From positions 558,001-622,000 of the forward strand of contig MU057701.1 in the NCBI GenBank assembly GCA_013265495.1: a stretch of 64,000 nucleotides of DNA, read 5' to 3'. Position 1 is the first letter of the stretch, and every line of letters begins with the position of its first letter. This DNA is from Vicugna vicugna (Eukaryota). Shown one piece after another: positions 23,419 through 36,655 of the stretch. The notes under the pieces are model-generated. The model was given only the letters and a program-made list of their open reading frames with translations. It did not search any database and was not told the DNA's origin. The translations under genes were made by a program, and so were the position numbers.

Positions 23419-23732
23419 CAAGGGGTTCTTAACCCTGGTTGCACATAAGAATCACCTGGGAAACTCAAAAAATTTCAGTGATTGGTTGTATATACTGATT
23501 TGATTGAGCAGGGGAAGGGCTGGATCATGGATTTCCCTTTCAGAACTTTAGTGGTTCTAATGTGTTGCCTGGGTTGAACTGCTACAACTCAGTAGACCAG
23601 CAGCAGAGCAGCATTTAGAAGCGTGTTGGAAATGCAGAACCTCAGGCCCCATCGCAGACCTTCTCAGTCAGAATCTGCATTGTAACCAGGTTCCGAGGGG
23701 ATTCCCGTACCCGGTGAAGTTTGGAAACACTG
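23419..23732. mobile_element. Two adjacent MER5-family (hAT-Charlie) MITEs
   Basis: GGTTCTTAACCCTGGTTGCACATAAGAATCACCTGGG (~23419-23585) and GAAATGCAGAACCTCAGGCCCC..AGAATCTGCATT..AAGTTTGGAAACACTG (~23586-23732). Confidence 0.75.
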
Positions 23733-23801
23733 GGGGTTGCCTGTGAGGCAAGGTTCCCTGAGCTGCCCATTGGTATCTCCCTTGGGACTCCAGTTTTTAT
23801 T

Positions 23802-23990
23802 CATTTATTTAAATTTTAAAATTAATTTTATTTTACTTTTTAATTGAAGGATAGTCGATTTACAATATTGTGTTGATTTCTGGTATACAGCATAGTGATA
23901 CATTCATACATATATATATTCTTTTTCATTATAGGCCATTTTAAGATATTGAATACAGTTCCCTGTGCTATCCAGTAGGAAGGACCTTGT
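23802..23990 (-). mobile_element. Short cetartiodactyl-type L1 3' end with TSD
   Basis: TTAATTGAAGGATAGTCGATTTACAATATTGTG...CAGTTCCCTGTGCTAT; perfect TSD TCCAGTTTTTATT at 23789-23801 and 23991-24003. Confidence 0.9.
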
Positions 23991-24810
23991 TCCAGTTTTT
24001 ATTTTATTTTTACTATTCAGATAGCATTCAACGTTTGGGTGGCCTCTATCGAGGGCCCTGGCTTCCCTCTACCCTGTGAGTACCACACCTCCTAGATTGA
24101 GAACCCAAGTGCTCCCCTCTGACCCCTTAAAGTCTTGCTCAGTGCTCACAGTTAGAGCACGTTTCCATAGTCTCCAACTTCTGGGTGCGTCATAGTGTCG
24201 TCACGAAGTCTTGGTGCCTCCAGGCTGTTCCTATTAAGAGTGATGGCACCCCTATTAGCCAGTGATGAAAGGTTCACCTTGTGTTCAGCCCCTAAGACTC
24301 GCTTTACCTCTAGCTTAGAGACTGCTTGTTTGTATTGGAAAGGAAGGGGGCCTTTTTTTCCCCTAAAGAGAAGGTATTCAGTTAGTGTTTGTTTTTTGAA
24401 TATTTGAATAAAATTAAGGCTGTATGGGCATCTGGAAAGCTTTTGACATTACAAACAGGCTTCATCCATCCCAGCTGGACTTGGGTTTCGGTTGAGAGAC
24501 CTCTTACCCAGCAAATCCATCCGTTGTCTTTCTAAAAGAGATCTTTTTCAGTTTATGGCTTCAAATTCAGTGCTATTTGAGTGATCTTTTCTAAATCTGT
24601 AGTTGCATTTTGGGTAGTGCCTAAAAGAGACACAGAAGTCCCTGTTCAGCCTCTTTCTGGGAAACTGAGAGCCTTGGCTTCTTTTCCACCCGTCCTCTGC
24701 CTTTTTTAGCAACAAACCCCCTTTGATGCAGGGCCATTCTGAGCCGGGCAGAGCCAGCCATTTCTCTCCTCCAAGCTCCCGTACATCTTCCAACCTTCCT
24801 CCCCACAGGA

Positions 24811-24844
24811 ACAAAACAACAAAACAACAACAACAACAACAAAC
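24811..24844. repeat. (CAA)n/(CAAAA) microsatellite
   Basis: Read directly; the source of the spurious poly-Q/poly-C/poly-V ORFs. Confidence 0.9.
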
Positions 24845-26619
24845 GAAACTGGGAAAAAACAAGGGAGATTTGTCCCCATTTGTGAGATCCCTTGAAAGGG
24901 TGTTACTGAAAAAGGATTCAAAAGTGCGTGAAGGGTTTCTGTACCTCTCTTTTTCTGGAAGCCTTGGGAGGTCTCAGTGCATCCGATCTGGAGAGACCGG
25001 AGTACTTGTTTCTGAACAGAAGCCATTCATTAGTGGCCACTAGCAAGAAGACTTTGCCAGTTGCTTGTCATGCCTGTGAATTCAGAGGTTTTGAAAAGAC
25101 CCCAAACTGGGCTTGTGGCTTTCTTCAGTCTGGTTGGGTTTGTTTTTTTTTTTCCCTTCCTCCTCTGGCCGCTCTGTTCTCTGCCCAGTATTTCTCCTCT
25201 GTTGCCCACAGCAACCCCAGCAGTCAGTACTGGAGTGGGGGGAGCAGGAGGCCAGGTTACCTGGGAGTCAGTTCATCCGAGCCACACAAAGGAATAGGTT
25301 TCTCTGAAAATCGCACGATTCAGACCACCCTCCACGGTTCCCCTACTTTGCCTCTCCAGAGAGGCCTGTTTCTTCTGATCCCTGAGAAACCTGGTTACCA
25401 GACACCCAAGGCCCCACCTCTGGAGGCATCTGTTTACCAACAGTGCTTCGTAAACTAACACATTTCCTTTCTGCTCACACTCTCCCTCCACACACATATT
25501 CTGTAGTCTCTTTTACCATGGAGGATGTTACTGAATCTCATAACACTCTCCTTGTGCAGAGAGACAGACTGGGGGAGGGAATTAGCCAGCGTCAACCCGT
25601 GTAGAATAGGCAGCCAGGCTGGAAGGTTTTTCTCTTTTGCTTTTTACCACAAGAAAGCACTTTGTCGAGAGGAAGTGCCAGTGTCGTCATGGAAATAAAT
25701 GATCAGGTGGTGGCAGCCGGATGAACTGGGCCTTCCTTAATTTGGGGGGAGCTCTTCCATTAATATATCTAAACCTCAGTATCCAAATGAGCATAGGAGG
25801 ACTTGATCTGGGGTACTTCTTGCGATTCTCTTGTACCTCGATTAGTAACCTTCCTTTCCCTTTGAATACCACAATGCTCTCTTGAACCCAGGGAAGAAGC
25901 AGGTAGGATGCTGAAAGAGGCCAAATCAGGAGGATGATTTTTCTGAAGGAGAGAAAAAAAATAAATTTGGAAACATGAAATAGTGTTCCTCATTTATATC
26001 CTGCCTTCTGATCCCTTAGTGTACCAGCTCCTTTAAATTCCAAGGACTGGCGGGCTCTTTGGATATTTGTCAATGACGAATGAAGTAAGGGTTGAGTAAA
26101 GGCATTTTCTTCTGCAATGTTCATTTCTATTTCCATGGTTTGCCTCAGTACTTTTCTTTAATTAATGCTGTTTATGCTCACTGATGAATAATTCAGAGTC
26201 ATACAAGCAACAGATGTCAGAGGATGCAGAATGACTTTCTCTGAATTATTTATTATTTCCAAAAAAGTAACAGGTTTGTTGAACATGTAATTGGCAACAC
26301 AGATGTATCTCAAGGTTTGTCAGCAGGAAACAAGGTCTACTACTGTTTTCCCTTTTGTGCCTGTTACTAGCCAGGACCGCATTGTACAGGGGGAGTTTGC
26401 CCTATCCCACTGCACAGGGAGTCATTTGTTCATCCCGGGTGCTGAGTAGGGAGCTGGACCTTGTTTGGTTTTTCTGGTTGTCTATGGGTGACAAAAAGTG
26501 AATAGGAGTTCATTCAAAAATATAGTTAAATAGAAGTAGCCTTGCAAATACCTATCATACATAATGACTTAATGTAAGTCCCCAGAAAGAGGGAACATCT
26601 TTGTTTGCAAAGATATGCT

Positions 26620-27050
26620 GAGAACAGAGACCTAGGGGAAAAAAAAATCCCTGATGGATACGTAAAGGTTTGTATACAAAAATGTTCTCCAGAGCGTTGT
26701 TTGTAACAGAATTTTTAAAAGAAAAAAATGCAAGTGTCCAACAATGAAAAACTAGTTGAATAAATTTTGATAAATCCAAGCAATAGAGTATTATATAGCC
26801 ATTAAAATTAAATTATGCATTTTTGATATATAAAATATTAATATATTAGATAGAATATAATATTAAATGAAAGAGGCTGTAAACTAGTATGGTTTTATTT
26901 CTGTAGAAAAATATGTGTATGTGGTTTTTCCATAGATGTAGAGGAAAATCAGGAAGGAACTATCCCAAAATGTTAATAATTAGTTAGCTGTAGAAGGATC
27001 CAGCTTACTTTTCTTTTAATTCTCATATTTTCTCATCCTTCCCACTATAA
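26620..27050 (+). mobile_element. Old L1 (L1ME-type) 3' fragment
   Basis: AAAATGTTCTCCAGAGCGTTGTTTGTAAC..AAGTGTCCAACA..GAGTATTATATAGCCATTAAAA. Confidence 0.6.
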
Positions 27051-27056
27051 AAATGC

Positions 27057-27473
27057 ATGCATTAGCTGCTAAGAAGTCCACAGTATTGAGACTAATGAAT
27101 TTCTCTCTCATTTAGCAGTTTGAGGTAGGTGTTCCACATATGCAGAGGGCTCTGTTACATTCAGATATGCACAGACCCAGGTTCCTAACATCCCATAGCT
27201 CCTCCATTCCCCAAGGCCTTGTCATCTTGTACATAGTCAAGGCTGGATGCTATCAAGGAGGAAGAGGGGGCATGGAAGAAACCCTCATCCCAAAGTCACA
27301 CACATCGCTTCAGCTCACGGTCCTTGGCAGGTGTACAGTCACAAGGCTACACCCAACTGCCAACCACAGGGCAGGCAGGGAGCAAAATCCTGGTAGGCAT
27401 CTATATGACCAGCTACAATGCTACAGAGGATGGAGAAAATGAATTTTGCTGGGGAGCTTTCAGTCTCCACTAA
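27057..27473 (-). mobile_element. MaLR solo LTR (MLT1J/K-type)
   Basis: GACCCAGGTTCC..GCTCCTCCATTCCCCAAGG..GTCACACACATCGCTTCAGCTCAC..AGTCACAAGGCTACACCCAACTGC. Confidence 0.65.
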
Positions 27474-28260
27474 ATGTATTACCTGTATAATAAAAAATAT
27501 ATATAAAAATTTTCTAAAGAGATAGAGTTTTGGATCAGATGTGTTCGGAAGACACTTCCTTTAGGAATTAAGCATACAGAGGAAGCATAAAATTTGGACA
27601 CTGCCTTCAAGGGATTTACAGTCCAGTAGAGTGGCTGGACCAATGACAGTTCAGTCATATATGCAAAGGGCCAAAAGAGTAGCCAGATAAATGCAGAGGA
27701 GAAAATTGGTTAGGATCATGGAACACGGCTTAGGTGAATTTGAAAAGCTTGCAATTCTTCTTCATTGTATCTTTGGAAGAAATAAAACATCACATTTTGT
27801 AACATTTTAGAGTAGCATGATCTCCCTTTATACCACAGAGGAATCACATTTTTCTATTGACCTAACAATAATTTAAGGCTCTACTTGATCTTCAGTTACC
27901 TGTTGTTTGCCGTAATTCTTTGTTCAACCTGTAGTGATCTGTAACATAAAATATTTTAGAGGGGCTACTTGACAATCATTTATCAGTTATTTTTAAAATA
28001 AACTTAAAAATACATAGTTTTAAAGTTTTTAAATAAGGTTATCTGGAGTAGGGTACTTCTAGACCTGTTTGGAAGACAAACCAGAAGTATACTATGGAAA
28101 AAGGGTTTTTTCCTCTTGGATAAAACTTTTGCTATCTTTGATTTATTTTTCATAATCATACAATACATTACCTCCTTCACAATAGGATCAAATTTTGCAA
28201 ATCTTTTGCCTAGCATCAGATTTTTCAAGTCTGTAGACTTTAGGCTAGTAAAACTGAAAA

Positions 28261-28277
28261 CACACACACACACACAC
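28261..28277. repeat. (CA)8 microsatellite
   Basis: Read directly. Confidence 0.9.
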
Positions 28278-28574
28278 CTTCCAGAAGTCAAATGGTGGAT
28301 TTTAGTGTCTTCTTTAGTTCACACCAAATATGATCCTTTAAGACATGCTAGAATCCAAATGCCTGTGATTTGGTATTTCCCTGGTAGTCCATGAGATGCA
28401 ACAAAATGTTTGAAGGGGGACAGTATGAATCATTTGGTGCTTAGGTGTTTTGTTTTGTTTTTTGGGAAATTCAGGTTGCAGAGGCCCATAAGGCAAGAAT
28501 TATTACAAATGAGGCCCAGACTTGAAAATTGCTGTTTTGCAAATTGTACTCATTCTAGTAATAAAGATTTCTAT

Positions 28575-28720
28575 AGCTGGAAAGAACTTTAAAAATTGAG
28601 TGATCCAGGTGTCTTGTTTTGCAGATGAGGAACTGAAATGCAGACAGGTCAAGTCACTTGCTGAGGTCATGTAGTTTCTTTGTGGCAAATTTCAGAACCA
28701 TGGCTTTGACTCTCAGTCCT
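28575..28720 (-). mobile_element. MIR fragment
   Basis: TTTTGCAGATGAGGAACTGA..AAGTCACTTGCTGAGGTCA. Confidence 0.75.
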
Positions 28721-30029
28721 AAGGTCCCTTGTCCCATACCACACCATACTTCTCTTTCTGTTTTGCCTCTGGGGATTGCCAGCTTCCCACCAGTGACAGG
28801 AACCTCAGGTAGAAACTCCTCTGAGGAGAGAGCAATACTTTCACAGCCCCTGACTTGTGGGAGTGATGGGTTGGCAGAAGTGGGAGTGAGGGCCCCATCT
28901 TTATACCCCAGTTCTTCCAGCCCTTTTCTGGATGCTTTGTCTATACAACATCTGCAGAGATGTTCTTGCTTCATATTAATAAACATTTTGGGGGAGAAAT
29001 TGGACTTGCAGCCAATTTTGTAAGAAGTTTCCTTACCAAAATATCTCTAGATAAAGAATTTCAAAGTTTCTCGTTTTTTTTTTTTAAAAAAAACAAACCA
29101 TTATTTAAGAGCACTGAGAGTTGAAATCTCATAGTGACAACAAAAATAAAATATTTCCTACTTATTATAAAGTAGTCAAAGAGCTGAAAAGCCATACTGT
29201 CCTTTTTTGATCAACATTAAGATAAATTGTCCCTTTGGGTGGGGGTGTGATTCTGATTTAATCAGTATGAATGTTTTGGAAAATGTTTTATGACCTATAG
29301 GTTTGTTGATTTCAAAGACTACAGATCCATTTATCCATCTATCCATCACCTACTACCCATCTGAGAGCAGAATGGGAGATGGGAAGTTTCCAGGAAAGTA
29401 CCAACAGCTTTGATTGGTGGGTAGCCTGGGAGGACTTAGAACTTTATACTATGGTTTTTCTACTTGAAAAGCATATAGATTTTAATTTTCAAAGTGTAGC
29501 TCTGTTTATTTCTGAAGAGGCACTATAATGTAGCCGACACTGCTGATTGCTATGCAATAGCCATTCCCCCTTCATCCCTGTTAAACCATTTCTTTACTCT
29601 GTTTCCTTGCCTGAAACACAGACCTGATACGCAGCTCAGGAAATGCCTGTATGATAGATACTTGTGTTAGTTTCCACTCTCTAGCTTTGCCTAATTAGAT
29701 TTCTCTTCAGCTTGAGATCATTTATAGCCAACTTTTTCCAGATTAAAACATAAGCCTTGGTTGAACTATCTCGTCGTTCTAAATTTGGGACCATCTTGAC
29801 TTTATATGAAAGAATTCATCTTTAGTTCATTTACCACATAAAGTGGCTTAATCATCTAGGGGCTGCTGTCATTGTTGATTTACATCTGACCTTGTTCTGA
29901 AAAAAAAAAATTTAATGCAGTGGAACCCTAATTTCGAACTTGTTGGTTCTTGCTTTGCCTATTAGTCTGGACCTGTATAAATTGGTCCAATTCACTAAGA
30001 AATCAGACTAAAGACTTTAATAAAAACTT

Positions 30030-30200
30030 CACATGCCACGCTAAGTACCAAGACTACTTTTGACTCTTTGTTTCAATGAAGGTGGTTACAATGAGTATTC
30101 CCATCTTACAAATAGGGAAATAGAGGCTCAGAGAGACCCGGCAACTTACCTAAGGTGGGTAGAGTGTAGCCACCGGATTCTCACTCCTAACCACTTGGCC
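30030..30200 (-). mobile_element. MIR fragment
   Basis: CCCATCTTACAAATAGGGAAATAGAGGCTCAGAGAG..AACTTACCTAAGG. Confidence 0.7.
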
Positions 30201-31092
30201 AGACTGTTTTTGTGTATGTGTGTGTGTTTCCTGGTGCTCAGGGTAATGGGAGCATGTGTCACAGGCACAGTGGGAAATGTGTGGAGCATGCTGGGAAGCG
30301 TCTGGATTTTCATTTGGATTTGTGTGTTTTGTGATAGGGTATCTGCCAGACCACGTGCCTGGGACTCAGCAATGGCTGCAGCTGATGGGAGTTTCTATGG
30401 GTGAAGAACAGACTTGCCAAGTCAGTCCGGCATGTCAGGAATTGAGGATGTTGGAACTACAGAAAAAACATTATTAAAGATGACTCTTAAGATGTCAAGA
30501 GGGAAAAAAATGACTTCTTGGGTCAGAAAAGTGAAAGCTATCACATTCTGTGAGCCATGCGCTTAAGAAATGGCTTCTCAAGGGTGGCTTAAATGCATTA
30601 GGTTAGTCTGCAATGTGGATTAAGAGACTGTGGGATTTAATAACTTGTGTATTAAAGAATGGCCCTGCAAATGTTACTCTGCCATAAAAACGTAACCACT
30701 CTAACTGAATTTAGAAGCAGTATTAAAATTACTCTTTTGGTGATGCTTCCTAGATGTATTAAATAAAATATCAAAAGTCAAAACTGATTAAATTGAAATT
30801 TCAGAATGTGAGAGTTATTAAGCACTAAATTTTGTTGCTAGAGGTTTTTATTTTTTTTTTCTGAAATGTATTAAGAAATTTCTCCCTTTATATAATTTAT
30901 GGTCATTCCACTGTTTCAGTGTGCCAAAAAAATGTTCTCAGAGCCTTAGCAGTGTTTCGGAACACAGTATATTATCTTAATGTTGGGCTGTATATATAAT
31001 GAACACTCAATATATATTAATGGTGGTATTTCAAGAGCTGGAGTCTCCTTATGGGAAAAAAAGGAATAGGCTATTAAGTTAAACATGGTGCC

Positions 31093-31240
31093 GGGGAAGA
31101 GTGTAGCTCAAGCGGTAGAGCGCATGCTTAGCATGCATGAGGTCCTGGGTTCAATCCCTGGCACCTCCTCTAAAAATAAATTAGTAAACTTAATTACCTC
31201 CCCCGCCAAAAATAAATAAATAAAACAAAACAAAACAGAA
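31093..31240 (+). mobile_element. tRNA-Ala-derived camelid SINE (Vic-1 type)
   Basis: TAGCTCAAGCGGTAGAGCGCATGCTTAGCATGCATGAGGTCCTGGGTTCAATCC...AACTTAATTACCTCCCCC plus (AAAAC) tail. Confidence 0.92.
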
Positions 31241-32939
31241 GCTAAATACATTGCTTAGTGTGCCTTTAAGGAATAACGGTGGAAAAATTCACCTTTTCTT
31301 CCTTCTCCCGTGGCACTATGTAGTTTAGCTAGCCTTATGTCTGGGCACAAATACCTTCTGGTAAGATGATATTGATCTGGGATGGTACCAGTGTCTAGCT
31401 GGGATGCTACTGTCCACATACTCTGTGGACCACTTCATGGTTCCAGAGTTCATGGACTCCAGAAAGCCTTGTGAAAATCAGGAAGCATCAGTGGCAGTTA
31501 TAAACAAGAGAGTTGTTTCCTTTCCATCCAAGCTCGGGTATCTTTTCATCCATGGGGCAAACATGAGGCTGAGGGAAGGCAGGGAGTTTATGTTTTTGTG
31601 TCTGGATTCAGACACCCAGGAGTCTGGATCCCCTCTTGCTCTTCAGGCTGTGTCCTGGAGTCCCCAGAGTGGCATGTTCTATGTTAAGGAGTATTGTGGA
31701 ATTTATTCCTGAATATCTGTATGAAAAAAATACCCATAAAATAGGGGCACTGGTTAGAGCTTATCACCAACGAGTCATAATGTTAAGTTAGGTTTCCTTT
31801 CCCTCCATGGATGAGAACCTCTCCCCTTTTCTGTTGTTGCTCAGATTCAGAGAAATTTGTTTTATTTAGCAAAACTTTATGCCAAAGAAACGAGTGAGCA
31901 TTTCACTGTGTCTGAGCTCAGGAGAAGGATGTCCAAGTACTTCATCCAACTTCCATTGAGCGATTGGCTTCTGGAAGAATTGTTAATTTGCAAACTCTTA
32001 AGAAAGCGGAAAGTTTACATTTTTCTAGCTGCCAAACTTTGAGCTTCCTGGTGAATCACTGGGACAGACTTTCTAGGTCAAGTGTAAGTGGTGTTCTGGG
32101 GCTGCTGGTCCGGGGCTGGGGAAACAGGACAATATTTTTTAGATGCCTGGCCAGAGCTCAAACACATGGGCTTGGGTACCAGCCTCTAGGGCTAAGTGAT
32201 TTCTCCTAGAAAACATCTTCCAAGTCAGCCCCTGCACAGGATCATCACAGACTGAAGGAAAGGGTTAGGGCCACTGATCAGAGAGGAGCTGCAGGTTTTT
32301 CCTTCTTTATCTGTGGCAGAGGTGTTAGTCAGGGGAAAGCTTCTTCACTTGAAAGCTTTGGATTATGGAGCAGCTCAAAAAGAGCCATTGCTGATGGAAT
32401 TTTATCCTTGTTGAAGTTTTTCTTTGTCCCTAGAATACTAAGCAAAAAGGAAGGAAAAGATGAAAAATAAGCCCCTCTTTCACAATACATTTGAGTCAAC
32501 CTATCAGAGAGAAAGCCAGAGATTTCTCAATGAACAAATAAATGGCATTACTGCATCGGGGAATTAGAAAAAGGCTCCTTGATAAAGTTATTTGGGAATC
32601 ACTCATCAGTTGGCTCGCCAGAGGCATGGAGCACATCGGAATTCACCTCGTCTTGTTTGGAAGCTGGCAGCTCGGTGGTTATATAACATGAAATGCAAGG
32701 CCTGCCAGTCGGCCCTCCGTGTGCCCCTGGGGAAGTTGGGAGGCTCTATAACTCTTTGTCGAGTCAGCCAGTCCTGCCAGATAGATTTCAGTGGCCTGGG
32801 GTATGTTGGGAACAGACCTCAGACCGCAGTTTTACAGATGACACGTCTACCTCTGGGATTTTGTTCTCAGTAACCTCCACCAACACCAGAGAGAAGTAAA
32901 TGAAGGGCACTTATTGGGCACCCCCTGACTTTTTTAAAA

Positions 32940-33520
32940 TTGTTTTTGAAGTCATGGTAAAATACGTGTAATAAAATTGACCATCCTAACGATTTTTAAG
33001 TGTCCAGTTCAGTGGCATGAAGTACATTCACATCGTTGTGCTACTATCACTGCCATTCATCCAAGTTTTCATTTTGCAAAACTGAAATTCTGTACCCATT
33101 GAACAATAATTCTCCACTTCCTCTACCCCCTGCCCCCTCCCCAGCCCCTGGCAACCACCATTCTCCTCCCTGTCACTATGAATTTGACTACTCTTGGGAC
33201 CTCATATAAGTGGGATCAAACAGTATTTGTCCTGTGACTGGCTTATTTCATTTAGCATAACGTCTTCAAAGTTCATCCATGTGGTAGCCTGTGTCAGAAT
33301 GCCCCCTCCGTTTTCAGGTTGAGTAATATTCCACTGTATGAATAGAGTACACTTCATTTATCCTTTCCTCTGTCAATGGATGGATGGATTGCTTCTACCT
33401 TTTGGCTATTGTGAATAGTGTTGCTATGAACACAGGTGTACAAATATCTCTTTAAGTCCCTGCTTTCCAGGCTTTTGGACATGTATCAAATGTGGAATTG
33501 CTGGATCATATGATAATGTG
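32940..33520 (-). mobile_element. L1MB-type 3' fragment
   Basis: AAAATTGACCATCCTAACGATTTTTAAGTG..CAGCCCCTGGCAACCACCATTCT..GGAATTGCTGGATCATATG; degenerate TSD CTG(A)CTTTTT(T)AAAA. Confidence 0.9.
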
Positions 33521-33854
33521 CTGCTTTTTAAAAAGGGAAAGTATCATAACTGTACAACTCCTGTGATGAGACTATGGGTCCTGATTGTTTGTTCTGTCCC
33601 CCTTTTCTTGAGTTGTAGCCCACATGCCTCCATGGCCCCACGCTGAGATCGCTGGTGTAGACCTTCTCAAGTTGACTGTACATCTGATTAGCCCACTAAC
33701 GCACAGAGGATAACAAAGTACATTGAAGATCACGTCATATAAACGACTCCTCCCTCCTCATCTCCTTTTTCTTTTCTTTCCTTTTTCTTCTTTTGAGAAC
33801 TATGGTGTTGGTCTCTACACAGCTGCTTTGGCCTAAACTCCAGTAAATCAGCAG

Positions 33855-34015
33855 CACCCAGGTTGGCTGCACGTCAGTCAGCTGGTTGCTTAGTGCCACC
33901 CAAACCGCACCTCTAGAGATTCCGATTGAATTGGTTTGAGGTCTGACTTGGGCATGAGGGGGTTGGGAAAGCACCCAGGTGAGTCTGCTTTGCAGCCAGG
34001 GTTCTGAGGCACCAG
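33855..34015. mobile_element. MER5A-type MITE fragment
   Basis: AGAGATTCCGATTGAATTGGTTTGAGG..CCCAGGTGAGTCTG..GCAGCCAGGGTT. Confidence 0.6.
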
Positions 34016-34169
34016 GTAAATGACTGAATATAAGTGAAAAATTTCCCCACTCCTTTCCTTCTGTCTTCTTTTTTGGTTATTTCTTTAGAACACATCTGCA
34101 GATTTGTAAATCTCAACCCCAATTTTAAAGACTTAGTAGACTTTTTTATTTTTTATTTTTTTTAATTAA

Positions 34170-34410
34170 TGAGGCTGCATGGTATAATTTTGGAACCAAG
34201 AGTGAGGAGACCTGGGCCGTACACTTGTGTACGTCATTATCTAGCCGGGATGTTGAATTAGTTAACTTGTTGGGATCACAGGTTTTTTGGTTTTTGTTTT
34301 TTTAAAATCTCGGCTTGAAAATTAGAGTATGGATTGGCAAACCAGCTAGAAGAATGAAATTAAAGAGTTTTTTTTTTTAACGTCCCCTCTAGCTGTAACA
34401 TGCCATGACT
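34170..34410 (+). mobile_element. MIR fragment
   Basis: GCATGGTATA..GAGTGAGGAGACCTGGG..GTCCCCTCTAGCTGTAACA..CATGACTCT. Confidence 0.55.
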
Positions 34411-35739
34411 CTGAATGAACAAGTGGAAATGATGGAGAGTGAGACAGGCTTGCATTGTAGTTCCCTGAGTGTGAACTGCGTCGTGTTCTAGGTGGTAATG
34501 AGCAGGAGGGTAAAGAACCTCCCCGCAGGGTGCTGCTGGGACTTCTGCTGTCCCAGAAGCAGCCTCAGGGCAGTTCTGATCAGTTCCTAAAAGGATACAA
34601 AATAAAGATCTCCAAGGAGCTGTAGTTAATCAGAAAACAGGAATGTCATACCAGGTAGACTGTGAGAGAATGTTGGGGCTTTTTAAGTGATGGAGGGACC
34701 ATAGCAGGACTCTGGTCCAGTGGAGCAGTGCATTAGAGGCCCCTGTCTCCATGAAAATTGTCCCCTCCTTGCCACCATCCACCTTGTGCCACATGCTGTT
34801 TAAATTAAAATTTCTCCTTTGAAATTCCTTTAAAGTTTATACTAATTTCTCTCCTCCTCTGATCCTGTTTGAGGAATGTGAATGGCTTAGGTTTTTATGT
34901 TTGTTTTTTCCTCTCTCTCCATAAACACAGCTAATGTTGAATTATGGCGCCAGGAGCTATTAGTGTAGAAAAGCCGAGAATGCAGTCCTCCCCTGGACAC
35001 CTCCTGGCATGGAATTTTACTTCCATGGTGACTTCTTAGGCCCATGGGAAAGTGAGGAGGCGGCCTCCTGGGGGTGGCCAGCTCAGCCTCTGGACCTGGG
35101 AGCCAGAGCCAGCCCCATAGTGTGTGGCCGTCAGGATGACGCAGAGAGGCGTGTGAATGCAGCCGGCTGCTGCAGCTGGTGCACTTGACTCTGGGCAGCG
35201 CGTTCCCAGGAACCCTGAGGACACTGAGGACGGACAGTGATGTAACCCAGATCCGCCAGATGTGGGAGCCAGCGTGAGTCACACTGGATAATTCATTAAG
35301 AAATGTTTTCTGGGTCATCTGGGCAAGGAGCACTGGCTGCTTCCCCTGCCATCTGAAGTTGGAGGCACCCAAGTCCACACACCAGGAATCCCCAAGTTCA
35401 CTAACATCTGTCTAAAATTATAGCCTGGTTCTCTGAGCTGACACGGTGCAGAGCCCAGACACTCTGATGGTCCCCGGGCTGTAATTTGTTAAAGATTTCA
35501 CCACTTTGGGTCATGGAGGGTTGAGGAAGGGGATCAATTAATAAAAACATACATGAAAGTTGCCATGAGGTTTCTGTGCATAAGACCAGAAGTGGAATGG
35601 GAGTTTGTGAAAGCCAAAAACTCTGTGGACATTGTGGCCAATGAAATAGCAGGGATTTTTGTTGTTGTTAGATGTGTGCAAGATGCCCCATGTGAATAAC
35701 AAATGTACTTCTGAGAAGTTGTAACCTGCTTTAAAAAAA

Positions 35740-36655
35740 AAATCCTTGTGGATATATAACGTACAATCAGAAAAATGCATGCATGCCTCACTGGTAAAAA
35801 TTTCACACCCAGGTAATTGTAGTGGGTTGAACGGGGTCCCCCCCAAAAGAGATGTCCTGCAGACCCTGTGAGTGTGTCTCATTTGGAATGGGGTCTTTGT
35901 TATTTAACTAAGGATCTTGAGATGAGATCATCCTGGATTACCTGAGTGATCCCTAAATCCAGTGACAAGTGTCCTTATAAGAAATAGAAGAGGAGAAGAG
36001 GCCACAGAGGAGAAGGCCACAGAAAGATGGAGATGGAGACTGGAAAGATACGGCCACAAGGAACAGCTGGAGTCACCAGAAGCTGGAAAAGGCAAGGCAT
36101 CGATTGTCCCCTAGAGCCTTCAGAGGGAACCTGTCCTTGCTGACACCTTGATTTCTGACTTCTGGCTTCCAGACTGTGAGAGAATAAATTTCTGTTGTGT
36201 TAAGCAAATCAAATTTGTAGTAATCTAATATGAAAACTAAAACAATAACCAATACCCAGATCAAGAAACAGGATATTCATGCTTCATTCCTGTCTTCTTA
36301 TCACCCCAAGATAACCACTGTCCTGACTTCTGACACCATAGATAGGTTTTATGCCCCTGGAACTTAATTAAATGGAATCATATAGCATGTGGTCTTCTGT
36401 GTCGGACTTCTTCCACAAAGCACTGTATTTGTGAGATGTGTACTACTGTTGTGTGTTTGATCATTCCCATTGCTGGGTTCCATGGTGTGAATGTGCAACA
36501 GTTTGCTTATTCTTCTCCTTTTGGGGACATTTGAATGTTTTCCTGTTTGGAGTTATTACAAATAGGGCTTTTATGAAACATATTGTATATTTTGCTGGAT
36601 ATATTCTCAGGAGTTGAATTATATGTTCCACGTTAGTAGATATTGCCAGTTTTCC
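35740..36655 (-). mobile_element. L1ME/L1MD-type 3' fragment interrupted by MLT1B
   Basis: CACACCCAGGTAA|...|AACCAATACCCAGATCAAGAAA; ATAACCACTGTCCTGACTTCT; AATGGAATCATATAG. Confidence 0.75.
35818..36244 (+). mobile_element. MaLR solo LTR (MLT1B)
   Basis: TGTAGTGGGTTGAA..GAGATGAGATCATCCTGGATTA..CCAGACTGTGAGAGAATAAATTTCTGTTG..ACTAAAACA; degenerate 5-bp TSD GTAAT/ATAAC. Confidence 0.9.

Noticed and set aside
24548..25497. Cluster of long ORFs (up to 176 aa) including a poly-Q stretch
   Set aside because: No recognisable domain; the low-complexity runs come from the CAA microsatellite; overlapping ORFs on both strands with no clear exon structure.
27121..27128. TGAGGTAG let-7 5' end
   Set aside because: Only 8 nt match, it lies in a MaLR LTR, and there is no let-7 body or hairpin.
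34887..35378. 163-aa ORF on -, and a possible + exon 35040-35273 (TAG|G...C|GTGAGT)
   Set aside because: No homology recognised; all three + frames contain stops; GC-richness explains the ORF length.
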